Positions 28,697 through 39,353 are shown, counted from the first letter of the stretch. The stretch: 64,000 nucleotides of DNA from an uncultured Candidatus Micrarchaeota archaeon (GCA_963800555.1 CAWDBH010000010.1:104603-168602), one strand, 5' to 3'. Made by a program: numbers and translations. Notes: generated from the letters alone by a model not told the origin.

Positions 28697-28837
28697 TCTC
28701 CCACCAACGGGCGGCGAATTCCCTCACCAAGAGGAATGCACGGTCCGCCAACCGAGCATCAGACTTTCTTGCATAATTAATTTAAAGGCGTCCAAAAACG
28801 TCGAAAAATGGTTGACATTTCAATATATCTATGAAAA

Positions 28838-29359
28838 CTAATTACCATCCCTGCTGAGCGCGAATAAGCCGCCTAATCCGCCCACAACGAAATTTATCAC
28901 CATGCCGTATACCAGGATTCCTACGCCGCAGATGGACGAAATCCCGACACCCGCCATATCAGTGGTGTTCGGGAAAAGGGCCCCTGCCAACACGGATTCC
29001 GGTGTTGCGAATGCGGTGCCGCTTGCGAATCTGCTTATTATGACGATGCTCAGTACGATGACTACGCAGAGCTGGAACGCGCCGATTACGAAACATGAGA
29101 ACGCGGCCACAAACCCGGCACCGATGGCATCGAATTTATATTTTTTCACCGCACGGTAGCCTGCCCAAAAGAAAAGGCAGAACATCAGTGGGTATAGCAT
29201 GAACTCATAGATCGTGTCGATCTGATTTATGAGATGTGTTGTCTCTGAGGTGATGAGCAGGGACGCGAGCTGGAGTATCAATGAAATCACAACTAGCAGG
29301 ATCCCTACGGCGCTTATGAGTGCCGATGCGAAAACGATTTTTTTAAGATCTAAAGGCAT
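28838..29359 (-). CDS. Membrane protein of unknown function
   Basis: Five hydrophobic segments. Start moved to MPLDLKK (29359) to avoid overlap with gltX. Confidence 0.6.
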   Translation of the reverse strand: MPLDLKKIVFASALISAVGILLVVISLILQLASLLITSETTHLINQIDTIYEFMLYPLMFCLFFWAGYRAVKKYKFDAIGAGFVAAFSCFVIGAFQLCVVIVLSIVIISRFASGTAFATPESVLAGALFPNTTDMAGVGISSICGVGILVYGMVINFVVGGLGGLFALSRDGN

Positions 29360-29405
29360 CCTTTCACCATAGAAGCAGAAATAGAATGGAAAATTTATAA
29401 AGGAC

Positions 29406-31085
29406 TCAGCATGTAAAGATGAACGTGAGCCTTCCCACATCTTTCTTGTCCAGCCTGCAGAACCCGAACCGTTCGAACTGGATTATGTCCCCGACATCGA
29501 GTTTCGCGCATGCCGGTTCGCAATAACCCTTGATAATCTCGAGGCTTTTGGGGTCGAACTCGCCGTCAGGACCTAAGAGGTCTTTCGGGACTAGAACGGT
29601 GCAATCAAGCTTTCCATCGCTGACCCATTGGATCTTCTTTTCCGGCATATCGCCTGCTTGGACGAGCTCCGCTTTGCCCCTTTTGATGAGTTTGAGGTTG
29701 CACAAGTCCTTTAGCCTGAACGGTTCGCCTTCTTTCAATTGCGATGCATCGCTTTTAGATATGAAAACCTTGCCCGATACATTGAGATCCCTGCTTCCGA
29801 CGTCTTTCTTCGGATTGAGCTTCAGCTGGATATTTCGTTTCTCGAATCTGTTGATATCCACTTCGACCGGATCAGAAACAAAGAAGAAGTGCTTAGCTTC
29901 AGGATCCAGGAGCTTCCTGTTGAATGAGAGGAGTGATTCGAGGTCGGGCTCGCTCTCGACTTTGGATATGCCGAAAGAGAGGACAAACTCCTTGATAGCT
30001 TCTGGCAGGATACCCCTGCGCCGCATGCCAGCGAGCGTCGGCATCCGAGGGTCATCCCATCCCATCAGCTTCCCGCTCTCCACAAGAGGCCTAAGTAAGC
30101 GTTTGGAGATCGGTGCGTTCTTTATCGCGAGCCTGGAGATGGAAATCATCTGCGGGACCGGAAGGCCGAGTTTCTTCAGTAAATATACGTAAGCCTCGTT
30201 CCGGAGCTCGTATTCCTTGGAGCGTATCGGATGCGTTATGCCGAGGACGGAGTCCATGACAGCGCCCTGGAAATCGTATGTGGGCCAGACCCTGTATTTT
30301 TTGCCCTGGCGGTAATGCGGTGTCGTGATTATCCTGAACAATGTCGGGTCCCGCATCACCGTGTTCTGGGACTCCATATCGCCCCTTAGCCTGATTATGA
30401 CGCTCCCTTCCTCCGCTTTCCCGAGCATCTCTTTCCATAAGGCGACGTTCTCTGTCGTTTTCCTAGAGCCGCATGCGCAGCGTTTCATCCCTTCCCTGCC
30501 CTTGCTGATATCCTCCTGCTTACACGTGCATGCATACGCATCGCCGCTCTCTAGGAGTTTCCCGCAAAGCTCGTACATCCTGGGCATGTAGTCGCTGCAA
30601 TATTTTTCCTCGTCCCATTGGATGCCGAGCCAGGTTATACCATCGCGGATCGCATCAAGGAATTCGGGTTTCTCGGCTTCCGGATTGGTGTCGTCCCACC
30701 TGAGAAGTATCTTTCCGTGGTATTTCTTCGCTATCGTGTATGAGAGGCAGAACGCCTTTGCATGGCCGATATGCGGCCAGCCGTTGGGTTCCGGAGGATA
30801 TCGGACGACCACTTTCCCATCCACCGCATTCGGAACATCGATGCCTTTCTCCTCCTCTTTCTTCTGGGCATATTCGAATTTCGACATCTCGGATTCTATC
30901 TGCTCTTTGGTGAGTTTCGATACCCTGGCGACCTCAGCGTTGATCTTGGCCATCGTCGCCTTCATATCCTTTTTGCAGTCAGGATCCTCTCCTATGACCT
31001 TTCCGACTATGGAACCCGCGTTCGGTTTGCCGTAGTCGAACGCATTCTTCAACACGTGCTTCGTGATGATTGAATCAAGAGACAT
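29406..31085 (-). CDS. gltX: Glutamate--tRNA ligase, archaeal type
   Basis: PEPNGWPHIGHAKA (HIGH motif) and a long archaeal/eukaryotic-type C-terminal anticodon-binding region. Confidence 0.93.
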   Translation of the reverse strand: MSLDSIITKHVLKNAFDYGKPNAGSIVGKVIGEDPDCKKDMKATMAKINAEVARVSKLTKEQIESEMSKFEYAQKKEEEKGIDVPNAVDGKVVVRYPPEPNGWPHIGHAKAFCLSYTIAKKYHGKILLRWDDTNPEAEKPEFLDAIRDGITWLGIQWDEEKYCSDYMPRMYELCGKLLESGDAYACTCKQEDISKGREGMKRCACGSRKTTENVALWKEMLGKAEEGSVIIRLRGDMESQNTVMRDPTLFRIITTPHYRQGKKYRVWPTYDFQGAVMDSVLGITHPIRSKEYELRNEAYVYLLKKLGLPVPQMISISRLAIKNAPISKRLLRPLVESGKLMGWDDPRMPTLAGMRRRGILPEAIKEFVLSFGISKVESEPDLESLLSFNRKLLDPEAKHFFFVSDPVEVDINRFEKRNIQLKLNPKKDVGSRDLNVSGKVFISKSDASQLKEGEPFRLKDLCNLKLIKRGKAELVQAGDMPEKKIQWVSDGKLDCTVLVPKDLLGPDGEFDPKSLEIIKGYCEPACAKLDVGDIIQFERFGFCRLDKKDVGRLTFIFTC

Positions 31086-31174
31086 GAAGATTAGATATGA
31101 CGTGAGATTTAAGAAACAGGAGGCGGCCGTCTACCCATGTCTAGCTCATGCCACGCGATGATCCTGATGGGAAA

Positions 31175-31606
31175 TCACGAATAAAGATCGGTTATGTCCT
31201 TTCCGGATCCACCCTTCAGCCTCATCTTCATCGCAACCAGGGGCGGGAAAGGTTCGCGGCGGTCCAGTCGGTTGGAAAGGGCTTCGTAGACATCGTGCAT
31301 GCAGAGTCGGTCGTCATCCGTCTGCACGAGGGGTTTCATCTCGGGATGCTCACGGATTATGTCCGCATATGAATCCTTGAAGAGGGAGAATTTGACCACA
31401 TCGTAAAGGGCGTTGGCCTTCTTATCGTCCATCATGGATAATGTCCCCGTGAACGCATCCTCGCCCAGATTCCATGCGGCGCGTATCCTGAGCCAGTTCT
31501 TCCGCACATCCGGAGTTATCACTGCTTTTGCCGGAGCGCGTTTAAGCGCTGCTTTAGTATCGGGATTTTTTGACTTATTCGATTTTTCTTGCGCCAAGAT
31601 CGTCAC
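31175..31606 (-). CDS. Hypothetical protein (143 aa)
   Basis: ORF only. Confidence 0.5.
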   Translation of the reverse strand: MTILAQEKSNKSKNPDTKAALKRAPAKAVITPDVRKNWLRIRAAWNLGEDAFTGTLSMMDDKKANALYDVVKFSLFKDSYADIIREHPEMKPLVQTDDDRLCMHDVYEALSNRLDRREPFPPLVAMKMRLKGGSGKDITDLYS

Positions 31607-32055
31607 CTTCTTTCATGTTCTCAAGCATCATGATTAAAACATTTTTCTCTGTAAGAGAAACGTTTCTGATACAAAGATATATAAATGACTTCTTCGCGAA
31701 GACTATCAAACAATAGGAAAAAGGAGGTGTAGCAAATGGAAAACAAAAACAAATCGAATATGCCGTGTTCTGCTCATTTTACGCGCCTTTGCTACACCGT
31801 CATCGCAAAGTGGCGTGCGAATTAGTAGGAGCTAAGGGACCTGAAAAAAGGTGTGACGCCCGAAACTCCTGCGCCCGGAAAAAACGCGGACAGCCTTGCG
31901 GCTGAACGCGTTCAGGGATTTAGCGATAACATCATAATCGGTATTTGCCGTCGGGTTCTTCCTGGCGGAAAATACCGTTATGGTTTCCACAGCGGTTGAC
32001 TGACAGGGAATCCTGCGGTCATATCCCTTGCATTAAGGGAAAACCGGTGATTTAA

Positions 32056-32319
32056 GTGGTTGAATTCGAGGTTCCCGATGGGCCTGAGGCTCCGGAACCA
32101 GGAGAGGAGAGAGTAGTCGTAGACGACGAGGATATGGAGTTCGTGGCCCACAAACGCGGGCGGCCGAGAAAGCTCCAGGGCCCGGAGGTTCTGGAGAAGC
32201 TCGTCCAGATGTATTTCGTGGAGCGGATGTCCATGAGGGAAGTCGCTGACAATCTCGGCGTCTCGCACATGAGCGTCTACCGTATGCTCAATGACCCGGC
32301 TATCGAGCTGCTCATCTGA
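32056..32319 (+). CDS. Small helix-turn-helix protein (resolvase/Hin-type HTH)
   Basis: MSMREVADNLGVSHMSVYRML. GTG start as given in the track. Confidence 0.6.
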   Translation: MVEFEVPDGPEAPEPGEERVVVDDEDMEFVAHKRGRPRKLQGPEVLEKLVQMYFVERMSMREVADNLGVSHMSVYRMLNDPAIELLI

Positions 32320-32340
32320 CTTAGCCGGTCTTTTTTCTTT

Positions 32341-35300
32341 TTATCCCATTTTTTCTGAGAAATGGCTGGCTTTGGCCCATTCAAGGGCCTCAGCATTGAA
32401 TCTCTGCAATCGATTCTCTTCGAATTTTGTGCAGGTGTGTTCAATGAGGGCGATGCATCTTTCATCCTTGACCGCGGCCTTCATCGCAGCGAGGTTAGCT
32501 TTAGGATTCGCTGCATAATCCTGGTAGGCGTTCACAAGGAATTGGAACTTCTGTTCTACTTCCTCCGGTTCGGGGGCGCCGGTCGCTGATTCATCCGTGG
32601 CAAGCCGGATGGCGGCGGAATTGAAATCAACTTTTTTTGATTCTGGTAGATCCAGCCTTCCATTCCAGTACCTCCTGATAAGGAAGATATCCCTGGGTGT
32701 CAGTCCCATCCCTGTCATCTGAGCTTCCGCTTCCTGCGCGCTCCCTGAAGAGGAATATAGTGCATAAGCCTCGGTCATAACGCGGAATCTCTGCTTGATG
32801 GCACCTGTGATGGTGAGGATATTCAATTCCGGCATGGGCTTGTCCGAGACCGCTGATTTCCCAGTTCCCTGATCTACACGGGCCTTGGCCTGCGCGATAT
32901 TGCCTGCCCTTACCATGTAGATGAGCGGGGAGACCCCGTTCAACAAAGGAGTTAGCGGGCTGCCCGTCTCATGGAGCCTTCGGATTCGCTCGCGTCCCTG
33001 AGAGCCCGTGACTATGGTTTTTCGGCGCGCGATTTTCGGCTGCTCATGCGCAATTTGGGCAGTCTGGACATCATACTCTATTATCGGAGTCATGAGCGAG
33101 TCGGTTTTTGCCGAAAGCTGAGGTATCTGGGTCGGGGAGCCGAATCTTGATATCTGGCCCGTGCCGACAGATTGGATGAATTTCAGGAACATGCCGTCTT
33201 CTGTCACGGCGACGCAATAATCGGTTTTGCCGTCTGCCGAGCGGACGACGACGTTCAGGTATTTTCCGTAAACGCCCTCGTCCCATCCAGTGACCCACGA
33301 ACGGACGAACGTGGATGGGAGCTGGTTCTTGTCGGAGATGTCCCATACCGGGGCACCGCGCGTGATCTCGTCCTGTATCATCTGTTCCCCACCTCTGACC
33401 ATACTCACAGTAGTAGCCACGGTCTTCTCCATATTCGGTTTTAGCCCCAATGACGGGAGGTCGATATGCGCCATACGCATGGGCGTGCCGGCTGCAAGGA
33501 GGGAATCCAGATGTTCCTGGACTGCGAGGTCATAGGCCTGGTAATGCTCGGCGAATACAGTGTTGCCTTTATTGTAATGCCCCTCGAGGTTGTCGCATCC
33601 CGCGAACCTTCTCCACACGCCTTGCGACTGTGACAGGTATGCAACCGAGAATTGCGTGTTTCCGTCCGTGGTCACATAGACCGGAACGACGTAGTCCAGC
33701 CTGCTGTGCACCCCATCACCGACAAGCATCGGCTTGCCGAAAGCCACGCTCTGATGCTCGTTTATGACAAGTGAGGGGCCCGGAACGAACGCGGCTTCGT
33801 TATCAAGCATTATCTTGTGCAGTCCTGCCGCGAAATCCTGCGCGATGGCGTTCACTTCAGATCCGGACTGAGCAGGATCAAATGGGAAAAGATGGGCATC
33901 AAGCATCGCTTTCCGGGCTTCTGCGGCCGCGCTGCTGGAGTGAGGGGCTTCAGACTGCGCTTGAGGAGGCATTTGACCCTTCTCCGAGGCTTGCGGCTGC
34001 TGGGGAGCCGCCGCTTCCGCGTCTTCCTCGGCTTGCCACGGCGCCAAAGGCGCTTCCTCGTCTTTGTCCGCATGCCACTCCTGGAACGAGGCGGGTTTGC
34101 CATTTTCAGCCTCGGTGGACTGCTGAGGGGGAGTCCCCGCCGCCTCTTCATCGTAAATAGGCGCTTCTTCGCCTTGCTCCGCATGCCATGCCTGAAGTGG
34201 AACTTTTCGCTGGGCAGATGCGTCTGCATGGACGTTTGGAGTTGGGGTTGATGGGGAAGCCTTTTTCCAGCCTCCTGCATTTGGCTGGCTGGCACTGGGA
34301 GCCGCCGCCTCTTCATCGTAAATAGGCGCTTCTTCGCCTTCCTTTGCCTGCCATACCTGCAAGGGAGTTTCCTGTGCCGCGGCTGCAGGACCATGGTTTC
34401 TCGTACGAACCCATGCCAAGGCCGCGGTTTCAAACTTACCCATGCGGCTGCTCTCCGAAGCCTCGAAAATCTTCGGTATGGCGGCGACACTGCCCGCGTC
34501 TTTTATGTGCTCCCTCAGCCTTATTATGGACCGGGTTGCGGCGAATTCCTGGTATGCCTGCCGGATGGATTCGAATTTTGCCTGGATTTCCCCAGCACTC
34601 GGATCCGACCTGAGCTTCTTGATAGGGCTTAGCGTGAACGTATCCCTTAGAGCCAGGGATGCCCTGGCCTCGCCCATCAGAGCACGGTCAGTTTCCTCAG
34701 ATATCTCGGTTGGAGCCTCGCGACAAAGGGCGGCCTCCCGGGCGTCAAGGCCATATGCTTTCATCCGCCGCTCGGCTTCTGCCGGATTAGTTTGATAGAG
34801 CGCATTTACAGCCTGGAGAAGGGATACCCTGTTGTGGATATTATTTGCCTTGGTACCTTGCCTTGCAACAGCCTCAAACCGCTGCTTGCGCTCGGAATCA
34901 GTCGTCAACTTCCCGGTGCATCCCTTCAGCACGGCAACTTCCGCTGGGGAAAGGCGGTAGGTATCGATAAGCCGGGATAATTCAGCTTCTGAAGGGTTAT
35001 TCTGATAATGGAAATAAGCGGTATTCAGCTGATTCACCCTTTTCTCGACGCTCGCCTCATCGGCCCAGCTGGTGGCCCTTGCATGGAATGCTTGCTTCCG
35101 TTCCACTTCAAAAGCCGTTAATATTCCCTGGACGCCTTTAACGAAAAACTCTTGGTCGGAAAACAGATCAGTTCCTTCGAACTTACTGGTAAAAATTTCG
35201 TGGAGCTTGGCTGAAACGCCCGGCTGACCTGAGATGATGAAAGCTAAGGCTTCCTCCAACTTCTCTGCCCGGTGAGATTCCAAAGCCATCGTTTCCGGTT

Positions 35301-36273
35301 TGCGCCCCCCCGGCCCTTTTGCAAGTTCCTCGATGCCGGGGATGACATCCCCCGGAACGCCTCCGCGGAGGCTATACTGCCTGATAACTGCGATATCCTC
35401 CGGCTGGAAACCCAATCCCTTCATCATCCCCACGGCTCGATCCGGATTCGATTCATACATAGCGTAAGCCGCATCAAGTAGGAAAAACCTGTTCCTTATA
35501 TCAGCATCCAGGATGATGGCACGCGTGGCGGGCCCGACTGAACCCGCTGCTCCAGATGAAGCGGACGGAGGCGGCTCTGGCGGGGTCGACCCGCTGGGTG
35601 GTGGAGGAACCTCAACCGGGGCTTCGGTTGGCGAACCCGAAGCCTGCGAAGGCATCGCAGGTGCCTTGACTGGGGATTTCTGAGCAGGCGTTGCCGGGAG
35701 AGGCCTTTTCGAGGCAGCCGGTCCTTTGGTCTGTGAAGCGATATCCACTTTTCCTTTATCCTTTTGTAGTGCAGACGCACCAGCTGAAGGTTTCTGAGTA
35801 AGCGGTTTGGTCTCGGTTTTGCCTGCGGCAGTTGTTTGGGCTGGAGGCGGTGGAAGCGGTCTTGTGGATGGTTTGGTCTCGGTTTTGCCTGCGGCAGTTG
35901 TTTGGGCTGGAGGCGGTGGAAGCGGTCTTGTGGATGGTTTGGTCTCGGTTTTGCCTGCGGCAGTTGTTTGGGCTGGAGGCGGTGGAAGCGGTCTTGTGGA
36001 TGGTTTGGTCTCGGTTTTGCCTGCGGCAGTTGTTTGGGAAGATGAAGCGGCGGCTTTGATTCCTGGTAACGCCCTTGCAATCGTGCCCGCCACATTCGTA
36101 CCGCTATCGACCTGAGCATGAGCCGCGTTCACCGCGGTGGACACTTTCGCATGGTCGCTTTGTTTCGGTTCATGAGGGATCGCCGGTTGTCTTTCCGTAT
36201 GCATCTGGTGCTCTTGCGACTCGCCTTCTGTCGTTTTTTTCTTAAGTGCCACTGGTGTCTCTTGAGGTGTCAT
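32341..36273 (-). CDS. Giant repeat-containing protein (1310 aa), function unknown
   Basis: Uninterrupted 3.9-kb ORF. Contains perfect 22-aa Pro-rich repeats, three Trp-acidic repeats, six ~40-aa helical modules of the form (R/K)F..L..AY..Y..NP..A...M...GL, and two beta-rich globular regions. Confidence 0.85.
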   Translation of the reverse strand: MTPQETPVALKKKTTEGESQEHQMHTERQPAIPHEPKQSDHAKVSTAVNAAHAQVDSGTNVAGTIARALPGIKAAASSSQTTAAGKTETKPSTRPLPPPPAQTTAAGKTETKPSTRPLPPPPAQTTAAGKTETKPSTRPLPPPPAQTTAAGKTETKPLTQKPSAGASALQKDKGKVDIASQTKGPAASKRPLPATPAQKSPVKAPAMPSQASGSPTEAPVEVPPPPSGSTPPEPPPSASSGAAGSVGPATRAIILDADIRNRFFLLDAAYAMYESNPDRAVGMMKGLGFQPEDIAVIRQYSLRGGVPGDVIPGIEELAKGPGGRKPETMALESHRAEKLEEALAFIISGQPGVSAKLHEIFTSKFEGTDLFSDQEFFVKGVQGILTAFEVERKQAFHARATSWADEASVEKRVNQLNTAYFHYQNNPSEAELSRLIDTYRLSPAEVAVLKGCTGKLTTDSERKQRFEAVARQGTKANNIHNRVSLLQAVNALYQTNPAEAERRMKAYGLDAREAALCREAPTEISEETDRALMGEARASLALRDTFTLSPIKKLRSDPSAGEIQAKFESIRQAYQEFAATRSIIRLREHIKDAGSVAAIPKIFEASESSRMGKFETAALAWVRTRNHGPAAAAQETPLQVWQAKEGEEAPIYDEEAAAPSASQPNAGGWKKASPSTPTPNVHADASAQRKVPLQAWHAEQGEEAPIYDEEAAGTPPQQSTEAENGKPASFQEWHADKDEEAPLAPWQAEEDAEAAAPQQPQASEKGQMPPQAQSEAPHSSSAAAEARKAMLDAHLFPFDPAQSGSEVNAIAQDFAAGLHKIMLDNEAAFVPGPSLVINEHQSVAFGKPMLVGDGVHSRLDYVVPVYVTTDGNTQFSVAYLSQSQGVWRRFAGCDNLEGHYNKGNTVFAEHYQAYDLAVQEHLDSLLAAGTPMRMAHIDLPSLGLKPNMEKTVATTVSMVRGGEQMIQDEITRGAPVWDISDKNQLPSTFVRSWVTGWDEGVYGKYLNVVVRSADGKTDYCVAVTEDGMFLKFIQSVGTGQISRFGSPTQIPQLSAKTDSLMTPIIEYDVQTAQIAHEQPKIARRKTIVTGSQGRERIRRLHETGSPLTPLLNGVSPLIYMVRAGNIAQAKARVDQGTGKSAVSDKPMPELNILTITGAIKQRFRVMTEAYALYSSSGSAQEAEAQMTGMGLTPRDIFLIRRYWNGRLDLPESKKVDFNSAAIRLATDESATGAPEPEEVEQKFQFLVNAYQDYAANPKANLAAMKAAVKDERCIALIEHTCTKFEENRLQRFNAEALEWAKASHFSEKMG
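35804..36038. repeat. Perfect 66-bp tandem repeat, about 3.5 copies, in frame inside the giant gene
   Basis: Unit GGTTTGGTCTCGGTTTTGCCTGCGGCAGTTGTTTGGGCTGGAGGCGGTGGAAGCGGTCTTGTGGAT starts at 35804, 35870, 35936 and 36002. It encodes QTTAAGKTETKPSTRPLPPPPA on the minus strand. Confidence 0.95.
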
Positions 36274-36575
36274 ATCATCACCTCTATTTCGTTGAATATT
36301 GCGCTGAACTGCTCCAAGAGATGTATCCGGTCATGCAAGTCAGCCCGTCCCATGGATTTGAGCATCTTTATCTCCCATTCGCATAGTTTGCCGTGGACAT
36401 TCTTGAGCCTAAGGATATCGGGTTCCAGCTCGAACGGTTTCTCTCCTGCGGCATCCCAGGTGGCGACCGCATTCTCGATGCTGGATATCGTCCGATTTGA
36501 CGTCTGGAGGGCGAGCTTCTCGAGCTCATTTATCTTCTGGACATGAAATGAATATATCTCCCCCGTATTTTCCAT
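36270..36575 (-). CDS. Small helical protein (101 aa) translationally coupled to the giant gene
   Basis: Start placed at MENTGEIY (36575). Its stop overlaps the giant gene's ATG by 4 nt. Confidence 0.6.
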   Translation of the reverse strand: MENTGEIYSFHVQKINELEKLALQTSNRTISSIENAVATWDAAGEKPFELEPDILRLKNVHGKLCEWEIKMLKSMGRADLHDRIHLLEQFSAIFNEIEVMI

Positions 36576-36731
36576 ATGAATCAAGGAGAAAATTAGATAA
36601 GAGAAATTTAAAAACAATGCCAGTCTAGTCACATTGACACAAGATGCCAAGTAGATTACGCAACCCGAGTCCGGTCGATTCGGGCAAGGCGACCATATTC
36701 CTTTTATATTTTCCCTTATTGCTTATTACTT

Positions 36732-37091
36732 ATGTTCGACACGCCGACTCCTGTCCCTAAACCAATATTCAATGGGAGAGCGTGGACTAGTCCTATGCGA
36801 GGAAAACCTTTGTTGGGGCAAAACAATAACGAGGTCCAAGAGATAGTAGCCAGGTGCTTGAAACAAGGTGTTATCGATACCGGCACAAATATGCGTTACA
36901 GGGTATCTTTGGCTGATAACGTGCCGGAGGCAGCGTTAATGGATTTTGTCCGAAGGATCAGGATCGGAGGCGAATCCGATTATGATTTGATGAGGGATGC
37001 ATTAGGCAGAAGAATGATCTCCATGGTCTGCGTTCCGAATCCCAAACAGCCTGAACCCGAAGTGACGCATTTCAGGCATGGCAGGAAATGA
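36732..37091 (+). CDS. Hypothetical protein (119 aa)
   Basis: ORF only. Confidence 0.45.
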   Translation: MFDTPTPVPKPIFNGRAWTSPMRGKPLLGQNNNEVQEIVARCLKQGVIDTGTNMRYRVSLADNVPEAALMDFVRRIRIGGESDYDLMRDALGRRMISMVCVPNPKQPEPEVTHFRHGRK

Positions 37092-37094
37092 GAT

Positions 37095-37673
37095 TCAGCG
37101 GTTTTGGTGCCTGTAATCGGCTCCTCCTTGGATGGAAGCTACCGCGAGTGCGTCCCTTATCTTCCCGTTGAGGTTGCCGGCGCACTCACTGTCGGAACCG
37201 ATTATCCGGCGCATGGGAATCGATTTCGTGATCACTAAACTTGAGGAATCCACCTTGAAATCTACTGGCACGAGTTGTTTACCATCCACAGCGAACCTGA
37301 TTATGCCGTGATTGTAGCCTTCGGCAAATTTGGAATCGTATATGAATCCGATAGAGAAACCCAGCTGAGCTTCCAGCTCGGCATGTTTCGGAGTGGTGCG
37401 GAGCAGTGTCGTCGCGAACGTAATCATGTCCTGAGACTGGTCGACAAGCTCGAGACCGCTATCCGCGGAGCAGAGACGGTCTATGTTGCGCTCGGTCTGG
37501 CCGGAGCCAATCTTGGCTGATAAGATGCCTAAGCCGACGAGAGCCGCGACGCCGACACCTAAATAGGTCGGAAATCTGGATTTAGGACCATCGACCATCG
37601 GTGAAAGCGCCTTCAGCTCGTTTTTCCTCCTCCGCTCTTCTCTCGCCGTCTGGCTGAAATATTTGAGATTCAT
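37095..37673 (-). CDS. Hypothetical membrane-anchored protein (192 aa)
   Basis: Single hydrophobic segment YLGVGVAALVGLGILSA after a basic N-terminus. Confidence 0.5.
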   Translation of the reverse strand: MNLKYFSQTAREERRRKNELKALSPMVDGPKSRFPTYLGVGVAALVGLGILSAKIGSGQTERNIDRLCSADSGLELVDQSQDMITFATTLLRTTPKHAELEAQLGFSIGFIYDSKFAEGYNHGIIRFAVDGKQLVPVDFKVDSSSLVITKSIPMRRIIGSDSECAGNLNGKIRDALAVASIQGGADYRHQNR

Positions 37674-37776
37674 TATGATATACTATATCAAACTATTTAT
37701 AAATATACTTGCTTTTCTATATTTTACCACATAAATGCCAAACAGAATGCAGCGCTCACGCTAGTAAAAATGAGAA

Positions 37777-37806
37777 GACTCACGCTTCAATTAGAGTTGA
37801 TCCGAT
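37777..37806 (-). other. 3' half of the 16S pre-rRNA processing stem
   Basis: Complementary to 39425-39454: 14 bp plus 10 bp helices around a central 6x6 region that folds as a 3-nt bulge, a 4-bp helix and a 3-nt bulge. Confidence 0.75.
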
Positions 37807-37861
37807 ATTCTCGTACCTCGCACACTGCTTCCTCGATCTCCGACGTGTGAGTCAGAAATTT

Positions 37862-39353
<1,492 letters not shown>

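Noticed and set aside
28697-28837. Cobalamin riboswitch upstream of nrdJ
   Set aside because: I could not find a B12-box-like core. Only a generic hairpin is present, which I kept as a low-interest structural note.
35804-36119. Regularly spaced 66-bp repeats considered as a CRISPR array; also track ORFs 35496..36119, 35807..36115, 35832..36059 and 35836..36045
   Set aside because: The repeats are directly tandem with no spacers and are in frame inside the 1310-aa ORF. The other ORFs are alternative frames of the same repeats.
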